64,000 nucleotides of DNA from NCBI RefSeq assembly GCF_036321535.1, contig NC_087437.1:117058001-117122000 (forward strand), in the 5' to 3' direction. Below are positions 29,476 to 43,000 of the stretch, one piece after another; positions within the stretch are counted from its first letter, which is position 1, and every line of letters starts with the position of its first letter. Made by a program: the position numbers and the translations under genes. The notes beneath the pieces were generated by a model. The model worked only from the letters and a program-made list of their open reading frames with translations, searched no databases and was not told the origin of the DNA. This DNA is from Camelus dromedarius (lineage: Eukaryota).

Positions 29476-32400
29476 GCGCACACACCCAGTGCACACACAC
29501 CCAGTGCACACACACACACCCAGTGCACACACACCCAGTGCACACACACACACCCAGTGCACACACACCCAGTGCGCACACACCCAGTGCACACACACAC
29601 ACCCAGTGCACACACACCCAGTGCACACACACACACCCAGTGCACACACACCCAGTGCACACACACACACCCAGTGCACACACACCCAGTGCACACACAC
29701 ACACCCAGTGCACACACACCCAGTGCACACACACACACCCAGTGCACACACACCCAGTGCACACACACACACCCAGTGCGCACACACCCAGTGCACACAC
29801 ACACCCAGTGCGCACACACCCAGTGCACACACACCCAGTGCACACACACACACCCAGTGCACACACACCCAGTGCACACACACACACCCAGTGCACACAC
29901 ACCCAGTGCACACACACACACCCAGTGCACACACACCCAGTGCACACACACACACCCAGTGCACACACACCCAGTGCACACACACACACCCAGTGCACAC
30001 ACACCCAGTGCACACACACACACCCAGTGCGCACACACCCAGTGCACACACACACCCAGTGCGCACACACCCAGTGCACACACACCCAGTGCACACACAC
30101 ACACCCAGTGCACACACACCCAGTGCACACACACACACCCAGTGCACACACACCCAGTGCACACACACACACCCAGTGCACACACACCCAGTGCACACAC
30201 ACACACCCAGTGCACACACACCCAGTGCACACACACACACCCAGTGCACACACACCCAGTGCACACACACACCCAGTGCGCACACACCCAGTGCACACAC
30301 ACCCAGTGCACACACACACACCCAGTGCACACACACCCAGTGCACACACACACCCAGTGCGCACACACCCAGTGCACACACACCCAGTGCGCACACACCC
30401 AGTGCACACACACCCAGTGCACACACACACACCCAGTGCACACACACCCAGTGCACACACACCCAGTGCACACACACACACCCAGTGCACACACACCCAG
30501 TGCACACACACACACCCAGTGCACACACACCCAGTGCACACACACACACCCAGTGCACACACACCCAGTGCACACACACACACCCAGTGCACACACACCC
30601 AGTGCACACACACACACCCAGTGCACACACACCCAGTGCACACACACACACCCAGTGCGCACACACCCAGTGCACACACACACACCCAGTGCGCACACAC
30701 CCAGTGCACACACACCCAGTGCACACACACACACCCAGTGCACACACACCCAGTGCACACACACACACCCAGTGCACACACACCCAGTGCACACACACAC
30801 ACCCAGTGCACACACACCCAGTGCACACACACACACCCAGTGCACACACACCCAGTGCACACACACACACCCAGTGCACACACACCCAGTGCACACACAC
30901 ACCCAGTGCGCACACACCCAGTGCACACACACCCAGTGCACACACACACACCCAGTGCACACACACCCAGTGCACACACACACCCAGTGCGCACACACCC
31001 AGTGCACACACACCCAGTGCGCACACACCCAGTGCACACACACCCAGTGCACACACACACACCCAGTGCACACACACCCAGTGCACACACACACCCAGTG
31101 CGCACACACCCAGTGCACACACACCCAGTGCGCACACACACACACACACACACCCAGTGCACACACACACACACCCAGTGCGCACACACCCAGTGCACAC
31201 ACACCCAGTGCGCACACACCCAGTGCACACACACCCAGTGCACACACACACCCAGTGCACACACACCCAGTGCACACACACACCCAGTGCGCACACACCC
31301 AGTGCACACACACCCAGTGCGCACACACACACACACACACACCCAGTGCACACACACACACACACACACACCCAGTGCACACACACACCCAGTGCGCACA
31401 CACCCAGTGCACACACACCCAGTGCGCACACACCCAGTGCGCACACACCCAGTGCACACACACACCCAGTGCACACACACCCAGTGCACACACACACCCA
31501 GTGCGCACACACCCAGTGCACACACACACCCAGTGCGCACACACCCAGTGCACACACACACCCAGTGCGCACACACCCAGTGCGCACACACCCAGTGCAC
31601 ACACACCCAGTGCGCACACACCCAGTGCACACACACACCCAGTGCGCACACACCCAGTGCACACACACACACACACACACACCCAGTGCACACACACCCA
31701 GTGCACACACACCCAGTGCACACACACACACACACACACACCCAGTGCACACACACCCAGTGCACACACACCCAGTGCACACACACACACACACACACAC
31801 CCAGTGCACACACACCCAGTGCGCACACACCCAGTGCGCACACACACACACACACACACCCAGTGCACACACACACACACACACACACCCAGTGCACACA
31901 CCCAGTGCGCACACACCCAGTGCACACACACCCAGTGCACACACACACACACACACACCCAGTGCACACACACCCAGTGCACACACACACACACACACCC
32001 AGTGCACACACACCCAGTGCACACACACACACACACACACCCAGTGCACACACACCCAGTGCGCACACACCCAGTGCGCACACACACACACACACACCCA
32101 GTGCACACACACCCAGTGCACACACACACACACACACACCCAGTGCACACACCCAGTGCACACACACCCAGTGCACACACCCAGTGCACACACACCCAGT
32201 GCACACACACCCAGTGCGCACACACCCAGTGCACACACACCCAGTGCACACACACACACACACACACCCAGTGCACACACACCCAGTGCACACACACACA
32301 CACACACACACCCAGTGCACACACACCCAGTGCGCACACACCCAGTGCGCACACACACACACACACACACCCAGTGCACACACACCCAGTGCACACACAC

Positions 32401-34044
32401 ACACACACACACCCAGTGCACACACACCCAGTGCACACACACACACACACACACCCAGTGCACACACACCCAGTGCGCACACACCCACACACACCCAGTG
32501 CACACACACCCAGTGCGCACACACCCAGTGCGCACACACCCAGTGCACACACCCAGTGCACACACACCCAGTGCACACACACCCAGTGCGCACACACCCA
32601 GTGCGCACACACCCAGTGCACACACACCCAGTGCACACACACACACACACCCAGTGCACACACACCCAGTGCGCACACACCCAGTGCGCACACACACACA
32701 CACACACCCAGTGCACACACACCCAGTGCACACACACACACACACACACACCCAGTGCACACACACCCAGTGCGCACACACCCAGTGCGCACACACCCAG
32801 TGCACACACACCCAGTGCACACACACACACACACACACACCCAGTGCGCACACACCCAGTGCACACACACCCAGTGCGCACACACCCAGTGCACACACAC
32901 ACACACACACACACCCAGTGCACACACACCCAGTGCACACACACCCAGTGCGCACACACCCAGTGCACACACACACACACACACACCCAGTGCACACACA
33001 CCCAGTGCACACACACCCAGTGCGCACACACCCAGTGCACACACACACACACACACACACCCAGTGCACACACACCCAGTGCACACACACCCAGTGCACA
33101 CACACACACACACACACCCAGTGCACACACACCCAGTGCACACACACACACACACACCCAGTGCACACACACCCAGTGCACACACACACACACACACACC
33201 CAGTGCACACACACCCAGTGCGCACACACCCAGTGCGCACACACACACACACACACACCCAGTGCACACACACCCAGTGCACACACACACACACACACAC
33301 CCAGTGCACACACCCAGTGCACACACACCCAGTGCACACACCCAGTGCACACACACCCAGTGCACACACACCCAGTGCGCACACACCCAGTGCGCACACA
33401 CCCAGTGCACACACACACACACACACACCCAGTGCACACACACCCAGTGCACACACACACACACACACACCCAGTGCACACACACCCAGTGCACACACAC
33501 CCAGTGCACACACACACACACACACACACCCAGTGCACACACACCCAGTGCACACACACCCAGTGCGCACACACCCAGTGCACACACACCCAGTGCGCAC
33601 ACACACACACACACACCCAGTGCACACACACCCAGTGCACACACACACACACACACACCCAGTGCACACACCCAGTGCACACACACCCAGTGCACACACC
33701 CAGTGCACACACACCCAGTGCACACACACCCAGTGCGCACACACCCAGTGCGCACACACCCAGTGCACACACACCCAGTGCACACACACACACACACACA
33801 CCCAGTGCACACACACCCAGTGCACACACACACACACACACACCCAGTGCACACACACCCAGTGCACACACACCCAGTGCACACACACCCAGTGCACACA
33901 CACACACACACACACACCCAGTGCACACACACCCAGTGCACACACACCCAGTGCGCACACACCCAGTGCACACACACCCAGTGCGCACACACACACACAC
34001 ACACCCAGTGCACACACACCCAGTGCACACACACACACACACAC
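29476..34044. repeat. 4569-bp interrupted (CA)n minisatellite/VNTR, unit CCCAGTGC[A/G](CA)n, 13 to about 29 nt
   Basis: Directly visible, with sharp ends (...ttttcta|gcgcacacaccc and ...acacac|gtatcaatc). Roughly 250-270 units, estimated from length and not counted. Confidence 0.99.
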
Positions 34045-34824
34045 GTATCAATCAAAAGTCTTAGCAATATACAAGCCCTTTTACATACTTTCCTCAGAAT
34101 TTATCCTAATAAAATAATCAGAGATCTATATAAACAGCCATGTGTGAAGACATTCAAAGTGTTAATGCTGTGCATATTTTTGAAACCACTTAAATAGTCA
34201 ACAACAGTAAATTAACTATAAAAGTAACATTCTTCTCAAAGGCTGAATTTACAGTTAATATATTTGGAAATTCTTTAATAGTTAAGGATTTGAAAAACAT
34301 TCTTTACATAAAATGAAAAAGGATTACAAAACTATGCAAGAATGCCAATTAATAAATATGTGAAGATTGATGCCATTAGAAAAATCTTCAATGGATATTA
34401 ACATTTGTGAAAGTTTAATGAGGAACCAGACACAGTCTGTGAAAAAATTGTTTAATATTTACAAAGGAAAAAAACAACTATTTTATAGTGGGGAAATATG
34501 GCAGATGCCACCTTAACCAAATATCTGTAATTATTACCAATAGTGGAATAAATAAATATTTGTGTGTCCTGAAATAATACATGGAAGATGCATTATCATT
34601 TATGTTTTAATCCATTAAAAAAATGTGCAACAGTATTGAATCATGAAGAAATGTCGGACAAAACAGAAATATCCCATAACGTTACTTGCCTGGTACTATT
34701 AAAGGGCAAGATATAGGTAAAAAAAACTACAAAACTACAGAAACATAACAACTTAATACAATGCACGATCCTGAATTAGATCCTGGGTCAAGGGGTAAAA
34801 TATAACTATAAAGACATTTCATTA

Positions 34825-35019
<195 letters not shown>

Positions 35020-35223
35020 TCAACAAAGTTATATAGTTAAGGAGGGTTTGCAAGTTATATTTAAAATTAAAAGCCCATATTGTCATAGTGTGTAAGGATT
35101 TTTAAAAATGTTTTAATGACAGTAATTTATCTGTGTGTATACAAATTTCTATTCATTTGATAATATAAATAAAACATGTTTATTAAAAATAAAATTACAG
35201 TTCAAAAAAATGGTGATTTGTTA

Positions 35224-35439
<216 letters not shown>

Positions 35440-37762
35440 CTATACTATGTACACAATCCCTCATTGAGACAAGAAAACTAAAGTAATCCAGCTCATGTCC
35501 ATACTTTATTAACTCTACAGAAAGTTCATCACACTGACCCACAACAGGTTATCTATAACCAGAGAAGAGCAAAATCCCGAGGGAAAAAGGTGATTTAGAA
35601 ACAGTTCAGAAACTGAATAAAGGCAGATTTAGAATACCACCTCTGCTCATAAAAGCAGATCTTTTTCTCTACCTTTTTTTATTATTCCCTTCTGGCCCCA
35701 AGCCCTATCAGTAATACTTTCAACTGCTTCTCTCCCCAGAGAAGATGACAAAGTTCAGGAAGGCAGTAAGAAGGTAATTCACCTTTATGTCCCAATGAAG
35801 TGCATGACACAGAGTCTCAATTTGTTGAACTGTAAAGGAGACTGTACTCATTTTATATTTCCCTACAGACTGTTCTTGGGGGTCCCTTGGCAAGAATTAT
35901 CTTGGATACACGTATGTGTAATGTTTCGCTGCCTTTGTCAAAGCGATGTGCAAGGTTTCTGTGTAAAATACAGTATCCATAGTACACGGCCAGAGACTAG
36001 GTAAGGCCTGGCTGCTTCTAAAATCACAGAGCACCTTCCAAGAAATTACAAACATATAATAAACATATTTTAAAGAAAACAGCTACAAGAATATGGAGCA
36101 AGTTCTATGTAACAGCTATCTACGTAAGCACAATGGAGCACGAATGAGAATAATTCTAACTAGATTGGTCAGAGGAAGTGTAACATAAGAGACAAAACAG
36201 AACACAGGCTAAGGATCCACACTTCACTTGAATTTACAAACAGACACGTTGCATTTCACGAAGTTGATCGGTCAAGAGTAGAACACTAAAACAAATACAC
36301 CCACCAACTCCTACAGACAGAAAACACCGCTTTTCAAGATCTGAAAGAGGTAAAACCTTAAATGAGAAAAGAGTATTTCCACCGAAAGAGGAAATACAGG
36401 AAAAGTTCTCTCCATGAAGAGAGTACGGCAACAAGGAATTTAGTTTTCAGTCTTACTAAAAAAAACTTTTATTCAAGTTTTCACATTGATGTTCCTATTT
36501 TGTCAAATAAAATAATTATTCATAGTGGAATACAATTTCAAATTTTCTTCATTGCCATTCTTTCATTATTTCAATTAATCAAAGATCGACAGTATTCACT
36601 TTTATACTAAAATGCTTCTGAATATCCAGATGTAGCATTTTAAAGTAACTGTAAAGATTCAATTTGTTTGTGAACAAGAATTACCAGATTTCTATAGTAT
36701 GTATTTTTTTCATTTTCTACCACACATCACTCCACAGAAGTATTAATGGCAAATTTGTTTTGAAATTCAACGTAATTGTTTGAGCCATTGCAGAGAACAT
36801 GAGTTAATTTCTCCTAAAATTATTGAAAATAAAGCAGACATGAGGATTTCCAAAGACAAAATGTGTAACATGTCTCAGAAAAACTGCTAAGAACACTGAT
36901 ATGCCTACTCTAGATAAGGCAGTGTGCTAAAATGTTCCTCATATAATTTAAAATTGCCAGTAATACTTAAAGACAGGCAGTCTCATTTCCCAGACGATGA
37001 AACCAGATTAATAAATGTTAAATTATGTTCTTAAAATTATATAGCTATAAACAATGTAAGTGGTATTTGAGCAAAGGTCTGGCTCCAAAACACATATTCT
37101 TTCCATCACCTGTACTACCCTCCCAATACATACAAACCCAAAAGAGCAATGTATTTGAAATATGTAGTATCTATTTTGGGAAGTGCTAAACTTCCCTCAG
37201 AGATGCTCAAAATACATTTGAGACTTTGGACTGTTTAGGGAGGGGGACAGTTGGATAAAGCTGCCTTCAATGCCATTTTACGAGCCAAAATTTTAACATG
37301 CCAAAAAAAAAAAAAATCACTCTCACTGGAGCCAAATTTTTTAAAATCTAAACAGTATAGTGTATTTGCTTGCTTTAACCAGATGCTACAAGCCAACTTT
37401 TTAAAAATTCCAAAAATCCTATCTTCAGACAAGTAGAATTTCTAAAAACTTCCACACTTGACATACTTTTATAATTCTAAAATTGTAGGTGGTTTTAAAT
37501 GCAAAACCTAAGAGGAAGTTAATGCTTTGAACAACAGTAAAACAAATACGTTGTTCTTTCCTACATAACTGTAAGCATACATGAGATTTAAGTATCTATT
37601 TTTCAGATATACAGGAGGTAGCTATTCACTTAAAGACTGTAGCTCTTCTAATAGGAGGTGGCTCCAGTCCTCTGAAAAAAGCAATTAACCAACCAGGGAG
37701 AGAGAGAGAGACCAAGTAATTATGACACATGCACCTACCTAGAAACAAACCATCTCAACCTA

Positions 37763-37951
<189 letters not shown>

Positions 37952-39038
37952 TTAATGTAGGTCCCAGCTCTGGAGCCTGAAGGCTGCTGAGTGGGGTCAA
38001 TACTTGGAGCTAATGTCTAAGCAAGATGTTAGCCCCACGGACTGAAAGTTCACTCAGATTATCATCCCCGAATGTCTGCCACCCTATCTATGTCTTCAGG
38101 GGGAGCCACAGCCACCCCACGCCTCTGCAAGAGACCTCCAAGACTAGCAGGGACTGAAGAACCCCAAATAGTGGTATCCACAATCTTGGGCTGAACATTT
38201 TCTCTTGTAGGCAGGGATAGTGCTGAGGGAATAATGGAGTCCGATCAAATATATATCTGTTATCTGACACAGCCCAAAAAAAAAAAAATTAATGTCACTA
38301 TCTCGACTACAGGTAAATCTACAGGTGTTTTTTCCCAAAGACAGGGATTTAAGGTATATATGAATGGAGAAGATCCGGTTTGCTATGGTTTGATTGGTCT
38401 TACTAAGTAAATTTCATCACCAGTTTGTAAAATACATTGAGTTTTGAAAAGACAATATACAAGAAGTATTTGGAGAGGGAAAAAAATAGGAAGATTAAAG
38501 ATGTATGGAAGAATCAGTAAGAGCAAAGTGCTATTATGAGCATCTTAACTCTAAACTCCAATTCGTTCATGCTTGCTGCTGTGTAAAAATAAATCAATCA
38601 TTTAATAAAGTAAAGTGTTAAAAATCGCATCTTAGGAAAGGCACCTGAAAAGACACTGGGGACCACAAAGAGGGATATAAGTTAAGTGGTATCTCATTGC
38701 TGAATACACCATAGTAATTGATTAGAAAAGTTTTTTTAACTATTCAAATATAAGAACTTCATTATCCTTATACCTAATTTTCATATAAGTCATTTAGCCA
38801 ATAGTGAGCTAAAGGAGGAACAACTTTTGGTCAAAGGAGGCAGCAGAAACTACAATTCTAAAAACTTACACTTCCTTATTTCCCCTCTGCCGCACACCTT
38901 TCCTTCAATTATCACATTCACTAACAAGTGCCTGCAATACGATACATACGTGCAAAATGATATATTAGCTACACTAATAGGAAGCACAGTTTATTTACCT
39001 AAAAACACACCCACAAATACAAACACACACTTACTTAC

Positions 39039-39079
39039 CGATCACCATTGTTACAAAATTGGATACTATCAACTTTATC
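39039..39079 (-). CDS. BRWD1: BRWD1 exon 12 (41 bp): DKVDSIQFCNNGDR
   Basis: Acceptor ccctctttag|GAT, donor TCG|gtaagt; phases fit both neighbours. Confidence 0.95.
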
Positions 39080-39853
39080 CTAAAGAGGGGAAAAAACCAA
39101 ACACAAAAGTAATCATCTACACAGTTTGTAAATAAACAAAGAAAACCCACTCAGTTTTTTAGACCTAGAAGCACATTTAGTTTAAGCAAGAGCTTTGTAC
39201 TTGGGCTGCTTAGCTCTACCACTCAAACATGTATTGTACATTTAAGTACAATGAATCTAACTATGAATCTAGTAAGATTAAGATACAGCTCTTGTCTCAA
39301 AGATAGACACATGTGGTTAAAAAAAAGCCTTGCTTCTCAAATTAAAACTGTATTTACAATTATTACATCTGTATAAAAACTCTTATGTGTAGAAAGTGAT
39401 AAAAACATAAGGTTTAAGTAGCTGAAAACAAGGCATATTCACTTTTGATTATGTGCAAAAAAAAAATTATTTTCAAGTCATTTTTTTTGTCAAGTAACTT
39501 CACAGAACTTCCTATAGGAGAAAAGATGACCTGAGAAATGACCAGTATTCCAGAATACTAAGAGTTATCTATCTTGCTACATGCTAATAAAATAGCATTC
39601 TGATTTCATGAGCTTGGCTAAGATAAATAGGCCTAGCTCAAACCTAATCGATTCAGGATAATTATCATAACCAAGAGCTTGGACTTAAAGCTGAGATAAC
39701 CACTGCAAACTATCTGCATCGTAAGGTGCTAAGTTGTCAGTATCATCGTTCACCTTTAAAAGTAATTCCTTCTACATTTAAGTTAAAATTAAAATCAATA
39801 ACAATTTCTTTTAGCATTATTTGATTATGTACCAACAGGAATATTGTTAACTA

Positions 39854-40093
<240 letters not shown>

Positions 40094-40189
40094 TCAACAG
40101 ATCCATTTTCGAACTCATTATATAAAGCCCTTTCCAAATTAACATAATGCAATGTGATGATGTGATTTTCAGAAATACGTATTTCGTCT

Positions 40190-40777
40190 TCATCTTTGTT
40201 TCTGGCAGAACTCCTAACACCCTTGGAATTTCTTAAGTGAAAAGATGTTGGAGTCTTGATTTTCATAACAAACCCATTTCAACCACACCAGAGTTTATGT
40301 TAATGAGGTGACTTTTGGAAAGCATCTACAGATGGGGCTGAGTGCCAGGGGGAACCAATCATGTGATTATAGGGTTGGGAGGGAGTGCACCCTCCATAAA
40401 CACCCAAAAGGAGAGGGTTCGGAGAGCTTCCAGGTTAATGAACACGTGGAGATGAGAGAAAAATGCCACACCCCGACAGTGCCCCTTCCCACATACTTAT
40501 CCTATGCATCTCTTCCATCTGGCTATTCCTGAATTACATTGTTTCATAATAAACCAAAAATTTAGTGAATAAAATGTTTCAGTTCTGTCAGCTGCTCTAG
40601 CAAATTAATCGAACCCAAGGAAGATGCTGTGAGAACCTGTTTTCCAGCCTGTCAGTCAGGTGCGCAGGTGACAATCTAATCTGAGGCTGGGGTGGATGGG
40701 GAGTCTTGCAGGACTGAGCCCTTCACCGGCTGGATCTCACACTATTCTCTAGGTAGGCAGTGTCAGAACTGAGTTGA
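40190..40777 (+). mobile_element. MER21-like ERVL LTR, followed by a short L1 3' UTR piece (about 40778-40875)
   Basis: ggaaccaatcatgtgattatagggttgg and ggactgagccc...ggatctcacactattctctaggtaggcagtgtcagaactgagttg motifs. Confidence 0.65.
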
Positions 40778-41550
40778 AACTACTATATATAAAATAGATG
40801 AACAACAAGGACCTACTATGTAGCACAGGGAACTATATTCAATATCTTCTATTAAACTATGAGGGAAAAGAAAAAAATACTAATACTTTATGGTCTTAGG
40901 TTCCAGTTATTTTGTTCCATAGTCATGCTAGTATCATGCCAGTATTTATGAAAAACAGTGGTTTATACTTAAAAAAAAAAAAAAAAAAAAAAAGACGCTG
41001 CCACTCTGAAAGTGCATGACAAGGCATTCTGCTTTCTAAACAACTTCACACACCTAAACATGCTGTGGAATATAAAGTCACTTGCTAAAGCTTTCAGACT
41101 TCTATCGGGTCAAAATCTTTAACCTCTCCTAAAAAGAAAGGTTACCACACAAGTCCACTGTACCAGAAAAGAAAATGGGGGAATAATTTCACAAGACATG
41201 TGGAAAACAAAATTAAACTACCAAAAATATGCAGTTCAGTTAAAAGAAAATCACAGTCTTGGTTTATCATACACACAGGACACGTGGCACAGGAACTGCT
41301 CAAATGGACACCTAAAGCCTCCTTTTTGCCAGCTCTGTCTCCTATCACTGACTCTGGTTACTATGAGAAATCAGAGAAAATCAGAATGGGGGAGGAAAGA
41401 CAAGATAAAGGCTAACTGAAACATCACAGATTAAATCTAATGAAATGAACGTAAGTCATTTACTATCTGATAAAGGCTCTTAGCAACAACGCAGTCGTTC
41501 AATAAATGCTAAAATAAAACAAACAGACAAAAATACTAAAGTTATCTTAC

Positions 41551-41621
41551 CAACACTAAAAGAAGAACAAAGCATCTGAACGCCTGGTCTAGGCTTTTCA
41601 GTGAACTTCAGGGGACGTGGA
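41551..41621 (-). CDS. BRWD1: BRWD1 exon 10 (71 bp): [24 protein letters not shown]
   Basis: Acceptor cttttgaag|T, donor TTG|gtaaga. Confidence 0.95.
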
Positions 41622-41934
41622 CTTCAAAAGAAGATAATTGTTTTAAAATACATTAGTTTAGCATATTAACATGGTTTAAAATAATTGGTTTTAATCTAGC
41701 ATTTTTCAACATTACAATCTTATTTCTATAGTACCTCACAGTACACCAAATATTTCCAAATATGCTGTTATAGCTAGTTGGGTTTATACAGATCCCCAAA
41801 TTTATACAGATCCCAGTACACAGAAAGAGCAAGCCTCCTGACCCCGTTCCATAACTGAGGTGACTGAAGCTCAGACGGTCTAAGTGAACCCACTATCAAG
41901 GCCACAGAGCAGGTTATAGAACCACCATGGGACA

Positions 41935-42546
41935 GCATCATGCAACAGAAAGGGAATGTGGCCCACATGGAACTTGAAATTTTTAGTAGCCACATCATAA
42001 GTAAAAAAGATGAAAATTAGGTTTTTTAGTAGTAACATTCAAAGTAAAAAGATAAAATTAGTTTTACTTCATTTACCCAATACAGCCAAAATATCATATT
42101 TAATGTTAATAAAATTTTAATGAGAACTTCAGGTTCTTTCATATTAAACCTGTTAAATCTTCCATAGCATACTGAACACATATCTCAGTTTCAACAAAGT
42201 TTTCAACAAGAATACTTGATCTGGGGGGGAGGGTATAGCTCAGCAGTAGAGCGTGTGCTTCACATGCACAAGGTCCTGGGTTCAATCCCCAGTCCCTCCA
42301 TCAATAAAATAAAAATAATTTTTTTTTAAAAGACTAAAAAAAAACTTGATTTGTACTCAGGTTTCATATAATTTAGAGTTGAAAAACGAAATTCACATAC
42401 TCAACTTGTTTGAAAGTTTTTTAATAACTGAATCATTATCAGTTTTTAAATGTAAATGAGTAATGCAATTCCTCAATTGTACTAGCCACATCTGAAGTGC
42501 TCAACAGAAGCACATGGCTAGTGGGGACCATACTGGACAACACAGG
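41935..42546 (+). mobile_element. MER33/Charlie5-like DNA transposon interrupted by a SINE
   Basis: ttttagtagccacat and ctagccacatctgaagtgctcaacag...catactggacaacacag ends. Confidence 0.65.
42223..42340 (+). mobile_element. tRNA-derived SINE (Vic-1-like)
   Basis: ggggagggtatagctcagcagtagag...ggttcaatccccagtccctcc; acttgat repeated on both flanks. Confidence 0.88.
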
Positions 42547-42898
42547 TCTATAATTCAGGTCTGATTCTTAAATGACCCTGCCTCAATTTCTGACCACGTA
42601 TTTAATTACACATTTCTAACATTTTTCCAGATGTTTCACATATACACTATCATGTTTCCTTTTTCAAAAAAAAGTACCCATTAAGATAGAATGGCTATGC
42701 TTCTTTACATATCCAACTATCTAGAAGCACTGCGTAAACAACAGTCAATACAGCACACACGCTGCATGTAATAAAAACTAAATTCAAAAGTGAAAAGGCA
42801 AGCAACTATACAGAATGTCTCTTTATAATCAATTTCATTTCACTAGACTAAATTGCAACATTAAAAAAGAAAACTTATTACACGATTAAAGTCACTTA

Positions 42899-43000
<102 letters not shown>

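Noticed and set aside
29476..34044. CRISPR-like array (constant core plus variable spacers)
   Set aside because: Spacers are only (CA)n length variants, the core is 7 bp, the context is a eukaryotic intron, and there are no cas genes.
29476..34044. Array of V(D)J recombination signals (CCCAGTG versus heptamer CACAGTG)
   Set aside because: The mismatch falls in the essential CAC and there is no ACAAAAACC nonamer; the link to BRWD1's B-cell role looks coincidental.
29429..34197. Six ORFs of about 1500 aa as real protein-coding genes
   Set aside because: They arise because the repeat has no stop codons; none starts with ATG, all frames are equally open, and they lie in an intron.
41783..41814. 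Direct repeat tttatacagatccc twice, 18-nt period
   Set aside because: Ordinary local micro-duplication with no sign of function.
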